Assembly (NCBI GenBank): GCA_035084275.1
Contig: CM068748.1
Coordinates: forward strand, 11,036,001-11,100,000
Source: Hydrolagus colliei
Lineage: Eukaryota
Direction of reading: 5' to 3'
Length of the DNA: 64,000 nt
Shown here: positions 1-13,636 of the stretch, in pieces
Layout: each line of letters begins with the position of its first letter
Position numbering within the stretch: the stretch's first letter is position 1
Position numbers and translations under genes: made by a program
Notes under the pieces: generated by a model
The model's input: the letters and a program-made list of their open reading frames with translations, nothing else
Database searches by the model: none
Told to the model about the DNA's origin: nothing

Positions 1-160
1 CCTGGAATCTTCTACTTTATGGCAACAAGGTAAGCCATTATTAAGAAACATATAATTTGTAAAGTCTTTAATTGGTGATCATGAGGCAGAGTATGCTCGT
101 GGTTTCTTTATTTGAAATAAATCTTGTTATGCTGTCAAAGTGAGTCATGTTAATGGAAGA

Positions 161-259
161 ATTCCCCCTCCCCCTGGCTTGGCCTCAGGCTCTGCAACTG
201 AGAAGCTTTCTGAGACACTGCCTGCGTGGAGGGCACTATACAAATACAAGTTGTTGTTG
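161..259 (+). mobile_element. L2 LINE 3' tail fragment
   Basis: Ends ...ctttctgagacactgcctgcgtggagggcactatacaaatacaagttgttgttg, the L2-type stem-loop plus (TTG)n tail seen on the longer L2 copies here. Confidence 0.65.
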
Positions 260-759
260 GTGACATTTGAATGACATTTCTGCAACTCTTGAGCATTTCT
301 GAGTCAGACATATGAGCAAAAATATAACTTCTTTCTTTCTCTATAAAGTAGATGGATTCATGAAGAAATACTTTCACCTTTTCATGTTGTCTTCATGCCA
401 TTAGAAGCATAAATTTAACACAAAATTCCTAGTACTGTATATGGCAACAGAAAATCACTTAGAATCGGCCTCCAGACAATATCCAAGTTAGCAGCTCAAC
501 ACTGCATTAGTTGCTATGCAGACGTGTTACACTGGAGCCAGAACAGCACTCCAGAAATCAACATGCATTATGATGGGCCCATCAAAGTGATTCCAGCTGC
601 TTAGTGGCACAACTCCAACTCCCCAGGGATGGTACTTGTAAGTAAATTAAGTGTGTGCAGCTGGGTGAAGCAGCAGACATGTGGTGCTTTGGTTACCAAA
701 AACATAGAATGCCATAGTACAAGTGTAAATTATCTGTAAATGCAACTAGAAATGTATAA

Positions 760-960
760 AATTATAGAATTTATACAACACAGGAGGCTATTTAGTTATA
801 TGTGCTTGTGCCAGCTCTCTGGAAGAGCTATCCACTTGGTTTCACTTCCATATTCTTTCCCCATACTTGCTAATAGGTAAATATTTAGATAACTTCCTCT
901 TTAAAGCTCTTAATAGATTATGTTTCAACCATGCATTTTAGGATATTCCATTCCCTTAAT
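760..960 (-). mobile_element. Degraded CR1 LINE 3' end
   Basis: atagaatttatacaacacaggaggctattt...gtgccagctctctggaagagcta resembles the 3' UTR of the clear CR1 at 37656-38147. Confidence 0.55.
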
Positions 961-1008
961 AATTACTGCCAGAAACTGACCAGTTTCTCCCTATTTGAAT
1001 ATCTATCA

Positions 1009-1407
1009 TAACAACAAAATTGCACTTATATAACATCGGGAGAACGTCCTGAGGCGCTGAACAGTCAGGTAGGGACCCAAGCGGGGGGTGGGGTGGGGGG
1101 TGGGCGAGGTAGGGGAAAGAGGAAGGAGAGTGGGAGAGGGGGAAGAGTTAGTGGGGCAGCCGAAGGCGTGGTTGAAGAGGAAGGTCCTGAGACCAGCCTT
1201 GAAGGAGGAAAGGGAGGAAGCAAGGCAGAGGGGCTGCAGGATGGAGTTCCACAGTGTGGGAGCAGAGCGGCTGAAATCCTGGCCGCCGATGGTTGGACGA
1301 TTAGGGCGGTGCACGCGGAGTAGGCCTGAGTCCGTTGAACAAAGGGGACGGGCAGTCTGATAGGGAGACAGTAGGTCAGAGAGATGGGCGGGGGCAAGGC
1401 CTTGAAT
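1009..1407 (-). mobile_element. L2 LINE 3' end (ORF2 C-terminus plus 3' UTR)
   Basis: Minus frame reads TIGGQDFSRSAPTLWNSILQPLCLASSLSSFKAGLRTFLF, an L2 ORF2 C-terminal motif; pyrimidine-rich UTR and (TTG) tail at ~1009. Confidence 0.85.
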
Positions 1408-1994
1408 GGGTGGTCCAACCTTTTCGCTGTTGAGGGCAGGATACCGGATTTAAGAAACACTCCCGGGTTGCATAAGCAATATTTTAGTATTTCCTTTCCA
1501 GGAACCTAACCCCCAAGGATCATATAGAAATCCTAGGTTTTTAATTGTGTAATTTTATTTCATTAAATTTTAGTTACAATGCAAACTTTAAACAATAGAA
1601 AAATTAATAGAAACTTTTAAACAATAATGCAGCCAGCTATGAACATCTGTCTCTCTGTATCTGCGTGTGTCTGTTTGTGTGTCAATCAGTCTTTCTGTCT
1701 GTGTGTCTCTGCATCTGTCTCTCTGTCCATCTGTACCTTTCTATCTGTATGCATGTGTCTCTGTATCTGTCTGTCTCTGTAACTATCTATGTGTGTCTGT
1801 ATCTCTCTCTCTCCCGTTCCCAGTTTGAAAGTGATTTAAGAGGTTCTCCTGCTAACCTACGTTTGTCACTGTTTTTCCCACAGCATCAGACTAGACCTGG
1901 GCTCTAGACACACAATGTGACTATATTTGTACATCAGATGAAATCATTCCCCAGGCCTGATGCAGCCTGTGGGTTGCTGTTTGGATCAGTCTGG
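1408..1994. mobile_element. hAT-Charlie/MER30-like non-autonomous DNA transposon, degraded
   Basis: Left end ggtggtccaaccttttcgctgttgagggc, right end ggcctgatgcagcctgtgggttgctgtttggatcagtctg; resembles MER30-type termini; left terminus clipped at the L2 junction. Confidence 0.5.
1646..1813 (+). repeat. Imperfect (TCTG/TCTGTG)n microsatellite
   Basis: Low-complexity tc/tg repeat; explains ORF 1665..1907. Confidence 0.85.
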
Positions 1995-4599
1995 ATAAGG
2001 TATTACAATCAAACAACATCTAGACATGTCATCATCCATGGCTTACGTATGTTATGCTCCTCTGTGGACTGAACTTCTCAATCAATCCCAACATCAGTTT
2101 CCCAAGAAACCAGCTCTCTTCACTAGGTTTCAGTGTTTTCATAGAAACCTTTAAAACCTTGAATCTTTAAAAACTTTGAAAGCTTTTGGAGCGCTTTGGG
2201 ACATACTCTTGAAACAAAAAAGCACTATCAAATACAAGGATTCTTAAAATGTTTTGATATAAAATGTGTGCCAGGAAAGTATTGTACTTAAAATAATATT
2301 TAATACATTGAAAAAAATTATAAAACTATATTTTGGATTGTTTTGAAAAGTAATGTTGTTGTTGTTATTACTACAGTGCGTTGTTATTACTGCAGTTGGT
2401 TGTCATCCATAAGAACATGCTGTGGGCATTTTCCAATTTCTGCATTCATGCTTAATATTATGGCGCTTTAAAGGACAAGGAAAATGGGAGTGAGTGCTGA
2501 ATTCCAAGTGTGGAATTTAATTAAGCCTTCTTCTGTTTGGACCTGATTATAATTTTTAATTAGTATTAGCTAGATTGTTCCTCTAAGTTAACATCCGTTT
2601 TTTAAATCACACCAAATGTTATTCTCTGGCTAATAGGTTATTTAAGGCCTGGCCTCAGCTTCTGCTAGTCCACAGTCTATGAATAATCAAGCATAGAAAT
2701 GTGAAGGTGGCTTAGAATTAGTATCCCTCCATATTGGGAGGCAAATTGACTACACTCAGTATGACCTATTCATTTTCCCTATTTTGCCCTCTGACAAACC
2801 ATTTAAGTTTAGAAACTCTCCTGTTTTGAAATTCAGGGGTAAAACTCCATCCAATCAGGTTCTTGTACAATTCACTGGTACTCCATTGCAAAATGCCACC
2901 TTATGTTAAAAGCAATTTATGGATTATAAACGTAGCATTCTTGTGTCGAATTTGTTTTGTAAATGTAAAATACTAGTACATTTTCATGTTTATGAAATCA
3001 ATTGCAGCAAATTCCAAGCACATATTCAAATAAATTTTCTTTTCTTTTTTAAGTTATTTGAGTAGTAAGCCTAAATTATTCAGGCCTCATAATTAGCAGA
3101 ACACTACACAGATTTTAATATAAATTATTGACTAAATTGGGTTACTAAGATTAGCATATTGGTAACATTTGTCTTCCACTTTCAATTATACTGTCAGTTG
3201 TATATGAATCACAAATATCACAGCACTTTCATCACTCCATACAGCACCTACATTCGGTTCAAGTCAGCAGTTAATATTCGATTAGTATTGGAGCCATGTC
3301 TTCACTGCTGCACACATATTGGCCTCTAGCATCTGATCTGAAATTCAATTTTGCTCTGCAGAATTGTATGTCATATATTTTCTGTGAACAAAGCATTCTG
3401 GCTCTTCAGAAATCTCTCCAGATTCAGAATGTTGATCATTTGCCAAGAAATGATTCAGAATGCAGTTGTACATGGCAGAAAAAACTGCAAATTAAATCAA
3501 TGCTACCTGCAAAAACAGACCCAATTCTAATCATATTTTTACTCAATGCTCTTGGTATAGATGTGCCCAATTACTTACACATCAGCTATACTGGGTGGAA
3601 GTAATCTAAACACTATCTTTGCCCATTCAATACTATCTTAGTCCATGCTTTGGTGAGTCCCACGAGGCAAAGTCAGGACCCGTCAACATAGATGCAAACA
3701 TGTGGGGAAGGCAATACATCATACCACCAGTGTATCCTGTGAAGCACTTTGAAACATCTCAACAAAATGATAAAATGCAAAGATTATTATTATGTGTAAC
3801 CTAATACCCACTGGAGGCTGTGGTTGAAGGATGAAAATTACACAAGGCACCTGTTTTTGATTAATATCCAACAACACCCATCATTTAAAACTGGAGGAAT
3901 GATGATATACAATTTAAATTGTTCTAGGTGCTTATGTATTAGTGCTAAAATGTTCTCCATATTGTATAATAGAAAGTAGCATTACAGAATCAAACTCTAG
4001 AGAAACCTGCTAACAGCACACCTCTGTTGACAGTAAATTGCATGCTAGACTTTATTACAGAAATGTGATTGCTACTGACCTATCATAATAATAATGTTTC
4101 ATGAAAAATTAAAACACTTCCATTTTGTAGGTCATAAATTGCCGTGGAGTATGTCTTTCAGAACAATGAAGCGGAGTACCTCTGATTACAATCTCTGACT
4201 AGATACAGAATGACTATTGCACTTTGAATGTGTATATGGTTCTATTACAGCAAATGAATGGTTTCAGGGTCACAATCCCTTTTGCAAATGGCCATTCAGT
4301 TTGAAGTTAGACTCACAAAATGAAAGGAACTCGATCTATCCAGAGTCTTTGACTTAATTCTTGAAATAGTGAATCAAATTTCACTTGTGAAAATTTTATT
4401 GCAGTAGAACTCAAACAAGTATATTAGGATTGGCTCTTCATATAAAATCCCATGGGGTTGTTTTACGAGTACAAGTCATTACGTGACAAATAACATAATA
4501 ACATTCTATCTTTGGGCACTTAACTATTCACTTGAAAAACAAATAAAAATTGACATTTGAAAAGTTCAAACAGTTCTGATTTATTCAGAAATTGCTTAC

Positions 4600-5720
4600 A
4601 AGAATATGACTAATTAAAAGCCCACACAGAGGTAATCGGTAAACACTGAATATGTGTTACTTCATGAAGCTGAAAGTCTCATAAATCATGACAGAAGTGT
4701 TAGGGTACACCCTTCACATCAGTGACGACATTTATGATTGGCTTGTAGAGAGTCACCTAAACTTGAATCATGTTCCACATTTTGATTTATTTTTCCTATC
4801 AATTTTCTCCTCTCCTATCTTGAAGGCAGTCATCATTCTGAATTATACTTTCACGTGTGACAATTGCTGGAACTCAACCAAAGTCTGTTTTTATGTGTTA
4901 TTCAAGCAGGATATTGTATGGACTATTTGCTGGGAAAGAGCCCATTGAACAGCAATTCAAACCCCTTTCTCCTCCTCGTGCTCCATCAAATACCTGTTGA
5001 CTTTGTGGCAGAGTATGAGAGTGGATATTGCAGAAAGAATATCAAAGGAGAGTTCAGCATTGTTTTCACAATGGATTGGTAGAGGAGAAGAAATCTCCAT
5101 CATCAGGCCAAATAATTCATGACTTTGCAACACCCTGAATTCCAACATAGTTACAACTGTTACTTTCTTTACACGTTCAGGTAAAGGCCATGTAGTTCCA
5201 GTGCCAGCTACCAGTTTTTACTTTACAGGACTTGTTTGGTCTCCACAATCATTCAAAACACCCAGGTGAATGAGAAATAGCTACATGATCAAAAAATGTT
5301 ACATGCGGGTATCAAGTTTGTGCAGGGGTTTTTGTCCCAGTTTAATCCCACTTGCCTGCTTGGTCTCCATACACTTTATTATTCTTTCGACCAAGCATCT
5401 ATCAAGTTCCATTTCAAAGTAATTTGTGATTTATTATCAAATGGATGAAAATATTTATAGTCAGACAGTCCGTCATTAAGATAATGTAGGCCCAAACATG
5501 CTTTATCTGCTGGACACAGAGGCCGAGAGCAAGATGAATAATCTTTTTGATCAATGTACCTCTGTACTTTTGATGTTTTCTCCACTCATATTTTCTTATA
5601 TTAGGAAGACCAAGTTTCACCATGTAATTTTGTTGTTGCTGTTGTTCCACCACCATAAAACAGATTAAACCGTGAATAACCATAAGATTCATGATTAATG
5701 AGCACTAGCTCTGCTTGTAG
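4600..5720 (-). mobile_element. Possible highly decayed L1/Tx1-clade LINE ORF2 C-terminal region
   Basis: Ordered minus-strand fragments KLGLPNIRKYEW, YNILL, MIQV*V and VYPNTSVM recall fish L1/Tx1 motifs GLGLPN..YYWA, YNILL, LIQFKV and MYP..S..C; many stops and frameshifts. Confidence 0.3.
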
Positions 5721-5881
5721 TCTTCATATGAGCAATATGCCCTCTTTTGCTTTCCATTACTAATGCTGGTTTGATTTTAATGGACTCATTTATTTGATAG
5801 CATCCTTGTGAATGTACACCACAGCTGAACTGACTAGCAATTACTTAAATCAGCTTTTTGCAATGTAGTATTAAATCTGTG

Positions 5882-5949
5882 TCTAAAGTACTATAATCTA
5901 AGAATATAAATCTAAAGTACTATAATCTAAGAATATAATCTAAGAATAT
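5882..5949 (+). repeat. Local tandem duplication (29-bp unit x2 plus partial unit)
   Basis: tctaaagtactataatctaagaatataa at 5882 and 5911, then tctaagaatat. Confidence 0.9.
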
Positions 5950-7559
5950 CAGGTGCTCCCAGATCATGATGACACTTGTGCATATTACATACTGTTCTGC
6001 TGTATTTTTCTTGTATACAAATGACAAAAATAGCAAGAAAGATTATAAAAACAAACAGTTTGGCATATATTCATTCACCCTGTATACAAGATTTGCATTA
6101 ACATATAAATATTTTTTCCCCCAATGGTATTGGTATCTCTTTGCTCATTTTAATTTTTCCTTTGATATTATTCTGATTATTTTGATCCCAAGGTACCACT
6201 AGCCAATCCGAATTATCACCTGCTATAATAGCATTAATAATAAGGCTTTATGTTGCATTAATATAATTTTGTGAGTTGATTTAAATCTATAAATTATAAT
6301 TTAACTAATGAATTATGACACATGAAGATAATTCCTTTTCACTAGTTGTAATCTTTTGTGGTCACAACTTTTCTTTGTAGTAGCTGTATATGTCATGAGA
6401 ATTGTTTAATCAGTTCTTTACTTTATGGGTTTTCTTTTGCTTTAATGTTAATCTAGTTTTATTATTGCCCCTCCTCTTTATGTTTTCCGTTCTTGATCTT
6501 AACCAAACATAATGAAGGAATTCACTGATAACACTCTATCCTTATCATTTCTACTTCAATGGTACAAATTCCTCAGCGTTATTCAAAAGATTTTGCTGAG
6601 ATTTCATGTAATGTTCTACGTAGTCTTCTTCATATGACTGCCTTAATTTCATAGTGTCTCTGAAAACAAGACAACAAGCCTCCATATCGAGGTTTTTTTT
6701 TAGCTTTTATCTGAACATACTGTGATTTCATATTATTTTGTTTTTGAAGAATTTGTTTATTTTTTCATGTGAAACATAAGTTAATTATTCCTATACTTCT
6801 ATTTCAGTCAAATTATCACAATATCCTTCAAGCAAATTGTCTCTCAAAAATATATAAAACACTTGGCATAGACACAGACACAGTGCTCACTAGCCTTTGG
6901 TGTGAGGCTGGAAGGTGCATCAGTAGTAGGGAACAAACTCTTCTTTTTTGTCCTAAGGTAAGCACCAAGTCTTTACTCGGTAACTCTCTACTGTAAACAT
7001 GACTGTAGTCAGGAATTCAGTGTGTGGGAATTGGTGGTTAGGACCTATGTCCCAGCACACTGGTGCTTGAGGTTAGTAATTTAAAAGCTGTCACACCCCA
7101 CAAGTTTCACATTATTTATACTGCCAGTTTATAGGAAGCTAAAGCATTCTGTCTTTCCAGAACCATTTATTAAGTTATTTTTCACACCATTTCCCAAAGC
7201 TTTTATAACAGTGGTAGCAGTTACATAATTATCCAAGTCCATTTAAAGTGACACAATTCAGTTGGTATCAGTATCCTCTTACAGTAAAATGTTCCACATC
7301 CTAAATGATTTCTGACTTTGTCCTCTTTGCTTCTAGTAATAATCTTGAGTTTATGTACTTTGTCTCCAATTCAACAATAAAAGGTAATAATCTAACCTCA
7401 CAAACTCTTTCATTCTTTCAACATTTATCTGTCTCTACAGTAGAGAGATCGATATCTGTCTTCACTACATTTCATCGAACAGCTTGCTTCTCCTGTCATG
7501 TGTGGTGTTCCTCTGGGCTCTATTCTTTGGTCCTCTCCTTTTCCTCATCTACTTCACCA

Positions 7560-7925
7560 TTAGTGATATCACCTGGATCCATTTTCAACTCCATGTATAA
7601 GACACCCATATATGTAGAAGACACTCTTTTTATCTCCATTCTCAAGTCTAGACTAGTGCTTTCTGAAAGACAGTTTGTTAGGCATCAGGTCCTGTATGAG
7701 CCTTAACATTCTCCAACTCAAGGTTGACAAAATAGTATTTTGCTCATTCCTGCCATCTCAGGCACTGAATGTATCAGTTGCTTACTCATGGAGCCTGCGG
7801 GGAATCTTGGTGTCTGTTCCACCTTCCGTTTTCGTCTTTTATCCGGGCTCTGACCAAATCTGCTTTCCTCCGTCTGCACAACATCACTTACCTTTGCGAT
7901 TAGTGCACCATTATCAGGACACCTC
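7560..7925 (+). mobile_element. Degraded L2 LINE reverse-transcriptase fragment
   Basis: Remnants of YADD-like, LQLNxDK and FxHLxNI L2 motifs (atatgtagaagacactc; ctccaactcaaggttgacaaa; ttcctccgtctgcacaacatc). Confidence 0.5.
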
Positions 7926-9300
7926 ATTATTAGATGGTACCCCACCAATATATAAGTGGAGTTGATTAGATTTCTGGATTATTATATGGAATAACCCATT
8001 TAGATTATTATGTTGAAGATAATAATCTGCAGAGTAATAAAATATGGTGATACAATAACGGGTTGAGATGTCTGAAGTATTAAGATTACAGTAGTGTCAT
8101 ATCTCCTAGATTAATTTGTGCCAATGAATACAATCCAAAGAATCAATTAAAAACAAATATTTAAACTTACCAATCTTCACCCTTTCCTGTTCCTTTTACA
8201 GCAATAGCCAGTTTGCCTCTGCGATTAAATCATATGGCTTGGCAAACAGGGGTATTGACAAGCTGAGACACCAGAATTTATCTAAACAAATATCCTAAAC
8301 TTGCATAGATAACAAAATAATCATGTTGAAAGTCACTCACAAATCATTCTGCACTGAAGGAATCAGAACTGAAAGGCATACTCTTTTCCTCTGGTACTAT
8401 TAGAAATCTTTTGATCTCATGGATGTTCAAGAGCATCAAAGACTCCATTTGAGAGGTATATTATTTGGAAGGTTATCAAGGGCTGAAGATGGTTTTGCTA
8501 TTAATAACTTAAAATAAGAGTACAATTTACCACTTATAATTCCTTAAAACATGAAGTTTACTTTACCAACATTATAAATAATATCAATTGTTCATTTTTA
8601 TGTTCTTAATAGCTGTGGCAAAGGTGCTACCCTGCTTTTAAGGACATTTTATAGATGCAAGTTTTTATTGATAGCCACTATACTGTACGTATTAGTTTTT
8701 TCCCCCCCATAGAGGTTACACAGTGCAGGTTTGAACTGAATAAAATCTAAAATGTGCAGCAAGTATCCCTAGCTTGCTTCTGTACAGAAGAAATAGGCTT
8801 CTGAATAAAATGAACTGTTCAGGCAAGAATAGTTGAACGGGACAATCCATCTCGCTTGCAGGATGAGAACAAGCTGGTTCCTTCAGATAGGTGCTAGGCA
8901 AGAATATTTTTAATTTCCACAAAGCTAATTTATTGTCTCTTTTAAAAAAAAGGCATGATTTCATTAGTACAGCTTGGAGTGAACTGCACAGCAACTCTAG
9001 TAACCTTATTGTTTCCCATGACTGCCGCTGCTGAAATCTTTCAAAGAATGTCACATTTAGTAAGAAGTAATAAACATCACTAAAACAGCTTACATCATTG
9101 AGCCAACAAGCTGGATTATATGAAAATAGACCAATTCCCAAATGGAAGCTGCAGCATTGCATTGGGTCTTTGTGTTAGATCGGTGTTTTTTAATCAGATA
9201 TCCCAAATCATGGATAATTTGTGATTAAAGATCAAAAGCAAGTTTATTCTTTGTTTACTGGCAGTGTTGCAGAAGTCTGACTGTAGAGTGTTAAACTCAC

Positions 9301-9385
9301 TCGGTCGGCGTTGTAGCTGGATGGGACGTGCGTTCCTCTGGAACAAACCCTGCCAGGAAGAGGAGGACGGAGCAGAGGGCCCAGC
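9301..9385 (-). CDS. CCSER2: CCSER2 85-nt coding exon, frame-shifting cassette (AGPSAPSSSSWQGLFQRNARPIQLQRRP)
   Basis: Long polypyrimidine acceptor ...ctctctttcctgcacag|GCT, donor CCGA|gtgagt; phase 0 in, phase 1 out; matches recalled human CCSER2 GGYSAPSFSPWQGSFQGIPRTVPPHRRQ. Confidence 0.85.
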
Positions 9386-11339
9386 CTGTGCAGGAAAGAG
9401 AGGGAAAGGAATGGAGGGAAGAAGGTATAAAAACAAGAAAAGAAATAAACTAGTTATGTCAGGAATAATTTGGACAGAATCAGACACACAGTGAAATTGC
9501 CTTTGGGAATTGAAAACAGCTAAGGAGCTGCTTTAGAAAGAACTATACCCTATAATTTTCAAACAATTCATTTTAATAGGTGTCACACAAAATTGCTGCA
9601 GAAAAACATAACTTGTAACACTGTATTTTAAATGGATTACAACCCACACACAGGAAATAGAAGCAACACCTTCTCCATAAGGATACATCCATGTAACATT
9701 TCCAGGTTGTGGAAGAAAGTGTAAATGTAAGATTTAAATAAAGGAACCAGTGAATCTAAACTGCTTACAAACATTACAGCTCAGACTTCCACCACTTCAT
9801 ATAGTAGTGCATTGGGTTAACCTGGATTCTGTTATGTTATGCTGCTTCTTCAGAAATTTTCAATCTTTCCCAACTATTCTAAGTTGTCTGTTATCCTATG
9901 CATTGTTTTGTGACAACGAATGTGACCAGCTCTGACAGAACCTCTTATTCAGTTGCGATATGATGTATGAGAACAACTGCATTTGATTTACTCTGCTAAG
10001 CAATATGACTAAGATAAATAGTGGAGATGAACGTGTGTCCCATAGTTCTGTGGCATTTGAATAATGTGATATCTCATTGTCTCAATACTTCTGAATATAA
10101 TGTACTTTCTAGTGTACTATTGTTGGTATAAGTGAGGAAGATGTGGGAATAATGGCAGAGAACTTTTCCAGTGCAGAAAACAGGCCAAAGTACCAAAGAA
10201 AATCTCCCTTATGATTCATAAATGCTATTTAGAAACATTATGCAATTTCTAGTCATACAGCTTTTCTACAATCCACACCGCCTAATGTAATATACATCAA
10301 TTACATTAGAATCAGGAGATATTGATAATTGCTATAACCCAAAACACCACTACAGTCCTCAAATTTAAGTGTTATTTGACAAATGTCAGTGCACGAGGCA
10401 GCACCCCAGGTTGCTACTTTTTCAGGTGCCCCAAATCGCAAAGAAAAGTCTTCACTCTATTGTACACTCAAAAAACAATGCTCAAGGTGGAAAATTTCAA
10501 CCTATACCAATATCAATGTGGATGGTGAAAATTTTGTATTCATCTATAGATACATGATGTACAGAATCTCTAATTCAGACTAAACACAGAAAACATATGT
10601 AATTTACAGATCCCTCAATACTTCAGCTCTGGAGAAGCCAGAAAGAATGTGTCAGTGATACAAGCTTGATACAGGTTACACTCCCAAATAAACATATATA
10701 TATATTAGGTTATATACACTGTTCATTAATCTATTGTCACCAATATTTCTGCTCAAATGACACATTGGACTAGACAAGACCATGGAATTTTATCTGCTTG
10801 GTCCCAAACGTATTATTTTTTAGATGCAAAACAAATAAAGCTACACTCATTCATTTATCACATCCCACAAGTGAATTATTCACCAAATAGCTAATACTCT
10901 CTGCCTCCTCCTAGTTCCTGGGCTGTTGTTCACAAATTCACAAATGCCTCATAGTTTCTACCCAGGCGACAGAAACTACCAAATTGAACAAACAATAAAT
11001 ACTGTATCTAAATTCCAAATCGTGACATATAGCAAATCTGTAATAATAGGAACAATTTTTGTAAAGATTATAACAGTGAGATTTTCAATTATAAATTTCT
11101 TGTCAATTGCAATTGAAAAGAATGAAGCAACTCTTAAATATCATCTTAAAATATTATTTAATTTAACTGATAATTTCAGTTTAACAATCATTTGCCCTTG
11201 TATAGCATCTTCATATAAGTAAATGTTTCAGAAGTTTCTCACAAAGGTGGATGGAGTGCTACTGTACTGGGAGACAGTTGGGGGAAAGTGAAGAGGTATT
11301 GAATATACTTTAAATATTCATATTGAAAGAAAACTTGCC

Positions 11340-11490
11340 TACCAATAGTTGTATAGAGTGGTCAGGGATAATGAAGCAAGACATAGTTGGCAGAGTGATA
11401 GCAGGTGGCGGGGAGTAGGATTCTAGAAGAATGTAGAGGTAGGAAGTGGCAAACCTCTGGATGCATTTGAAGTTATAAAAGCAACTTAAA
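11340..11490 (-). mobile_element. Old L2 LINE 3' fragment
   Basis: Purine-rich + strand resembling the reverse complement of the L2 FKxLxLxFK...YLYxLL region. Confidence 0.4.
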
Positions 11491-13636
11491 AATTGTGAAT
11501 TCAGTTTTAATTTGGATGGTGTTCCACTTTTAAAAATTATGGAAAACTTCCAAAGTAAATAGAATTGAACAATTTTCAGCAATTCTCCAATCTTGCATTT
11601 TAGGATGAAATGGTGTTAAAGGGTAAGGTTAGGTGGAATTCTGGACTTTATAATTTTCTGCTACTATTTTAGTTACTTTTGGATCGGTTGCACAGATTGT
11701 CTCATTAGCTGCAGTCTCATTACATTGGGCTTAAAGCAGTGTCACAGCCTGAGCATGATGTTGCATAATCAGCAGTATCTGACCTACAGCATAAACCTCA
11801 TTTTAACGTCCTAAGAAACAGGAAACAACAATTATGAGTGAGGGCTCCAGCTACTAAAGTCTACCTAGTGACCTCTGATGGGGCCTGGTTATAAATGTTT
11901 CTTATCCTCCTGTATGGTTGAACAGCTTGTTGCAACTCACTGTTTTACACGTGAAGCAAGGCAATTTGGACAAGTTATCAGAGAGCCGTGAGCACTCATG
12001 GAGTGCTACCCCAAAATACCTTAAGAAAGGAAATGAACACAAAGGAAGAACATTTGTGAAATAGAGCAAATTATTGAAATCTGAAAGTCCAAAGAAAATC
12101 ATGCTCAAAAATGTCATCTTCGATGAATAGAAAACATCTCGGGCTTAAACGAGCCTTCACTAAATCAGCTGCATACTAAAAGGGCAATGCTTCCATAAAA
12201 ACATAATATAAACATATAATTTACTGCAGATCATTATCCTTCCCTACAAGCCAACACATCATTAACAGCATTAATGTGGCTGGTTCATAAAATGTTCGAC
12301 AATGCTATTCGAATTCAACAAGATAAAGGTTGCCAAAGGTCAACGTGCCTTGTCACTCAATCATCCACTTCTCTTTCAGTATTCATATTGAGCATTTGCT
12401 ATCTAATATTAGTGGCACAACAAGGAATGTTAAAGAAAACATATCAATTCACCTTTTTCAACTCAAAAAGTAAGTTAACAATTGGTACACTCCAATACAA
12501 TTTATATTGTAGGGAGAATGCAAAAGGTTGTTTTATTATTTCTTATTTGTAACATAAGGTTGGATGTGAGAAAGAATTTAGTTTCCTGTGTTTTCCCTTA
12601 TGAGTTATCTTGACATAATGAGATGGTCTCATTAAATTCTGACATTGAGGCAAAAATTCAATTATTTTAAAATAGTATTCACATTTAAACTGTGATAGTA
12701 GCCATTAATGTAGATCGATAAAGTCTCATCTTTTCACAAATTACTCCTGAGGATCTGTGTAGAGGCAAGGACAGAGTAAGAGCAAACCATTTTAAATATT
12801 TTTGGTTAAATATATAGGGACTGCAAAAGTTTGAATAAGCAGGTTTTACAGAACAAGGCTGTAGATCATTATAAATAATATTCTCCCGATTGGATGGACA
12901 GTAGATTATTAAACTGCTTGCCCTAAAACCTCTGAGTAAAGTTGCACAGCTGGAGAGTTGTTGGTTGGAAGTTCAAACCAACAATATAGTTTTTATTAAA
13001 AATCCTTTCTCTTATGAGCACAATGTTATTCAACTGATGATAACAAGATACAGTTTAGGTGAGCAGGATCACAGCAAATATAGAGATATAGAGAAGCAGA
13101 GCTCTAATTTTAAATTCACTACTGCTGGGTTTGCTTTTCATGGGTGGAATGTAGGTGAACAATAGTGCAATTTGCAGGTTGACTATTTAGAAGAGAAGAG
13201 ATATCTGGACTAACCAGGAAACACCATCATGGAGGAATTGGGCTAGAAAGATGCACAGTCAAATCCCAGGGTCTGAGGGATACAGAGAGACCTCTGTGAC
13301 TAAGAGAGTATAGTACAGCCAGATGAAGCGTGGATTAGGGCAGAAGTGACAGGAAAATAATAATAAGTAAAGGAGTATAGCTGAACAAGAGTAATTGAGA
13401 GGCATCATGCAGCAAAGGTAGTGAACAGTTTCAGGTGTGCGTAAGGACAAAAAACAGGAGGAATAAATAACATATATATCTACCTGCAAGATTGATGTAA
13501 TGGTACAGGTTAAAAACGCCTTTATAATGCTATTTTTTATTCTGAGCAAAGTGGATCATGTAAGAAAGCAAACGTTTGGTCAAGAAAACAAACCTTTTCA
13601 AAAGACGCTAGGATAATTGATGGCTGACTGAAAGCT

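Noticed and set aside
15-525. Several RFX-like half sites (atggcaac, gttgctat)
   Set aside because: No complete X-box; short motifs expected by chance without conservation data
8171-8281. AG...GTAAGT-bounded segment as the next CCSER2 exon
   Set aside because: Stops in all three frames and no similarity to the recalled CCSER2 C-termini
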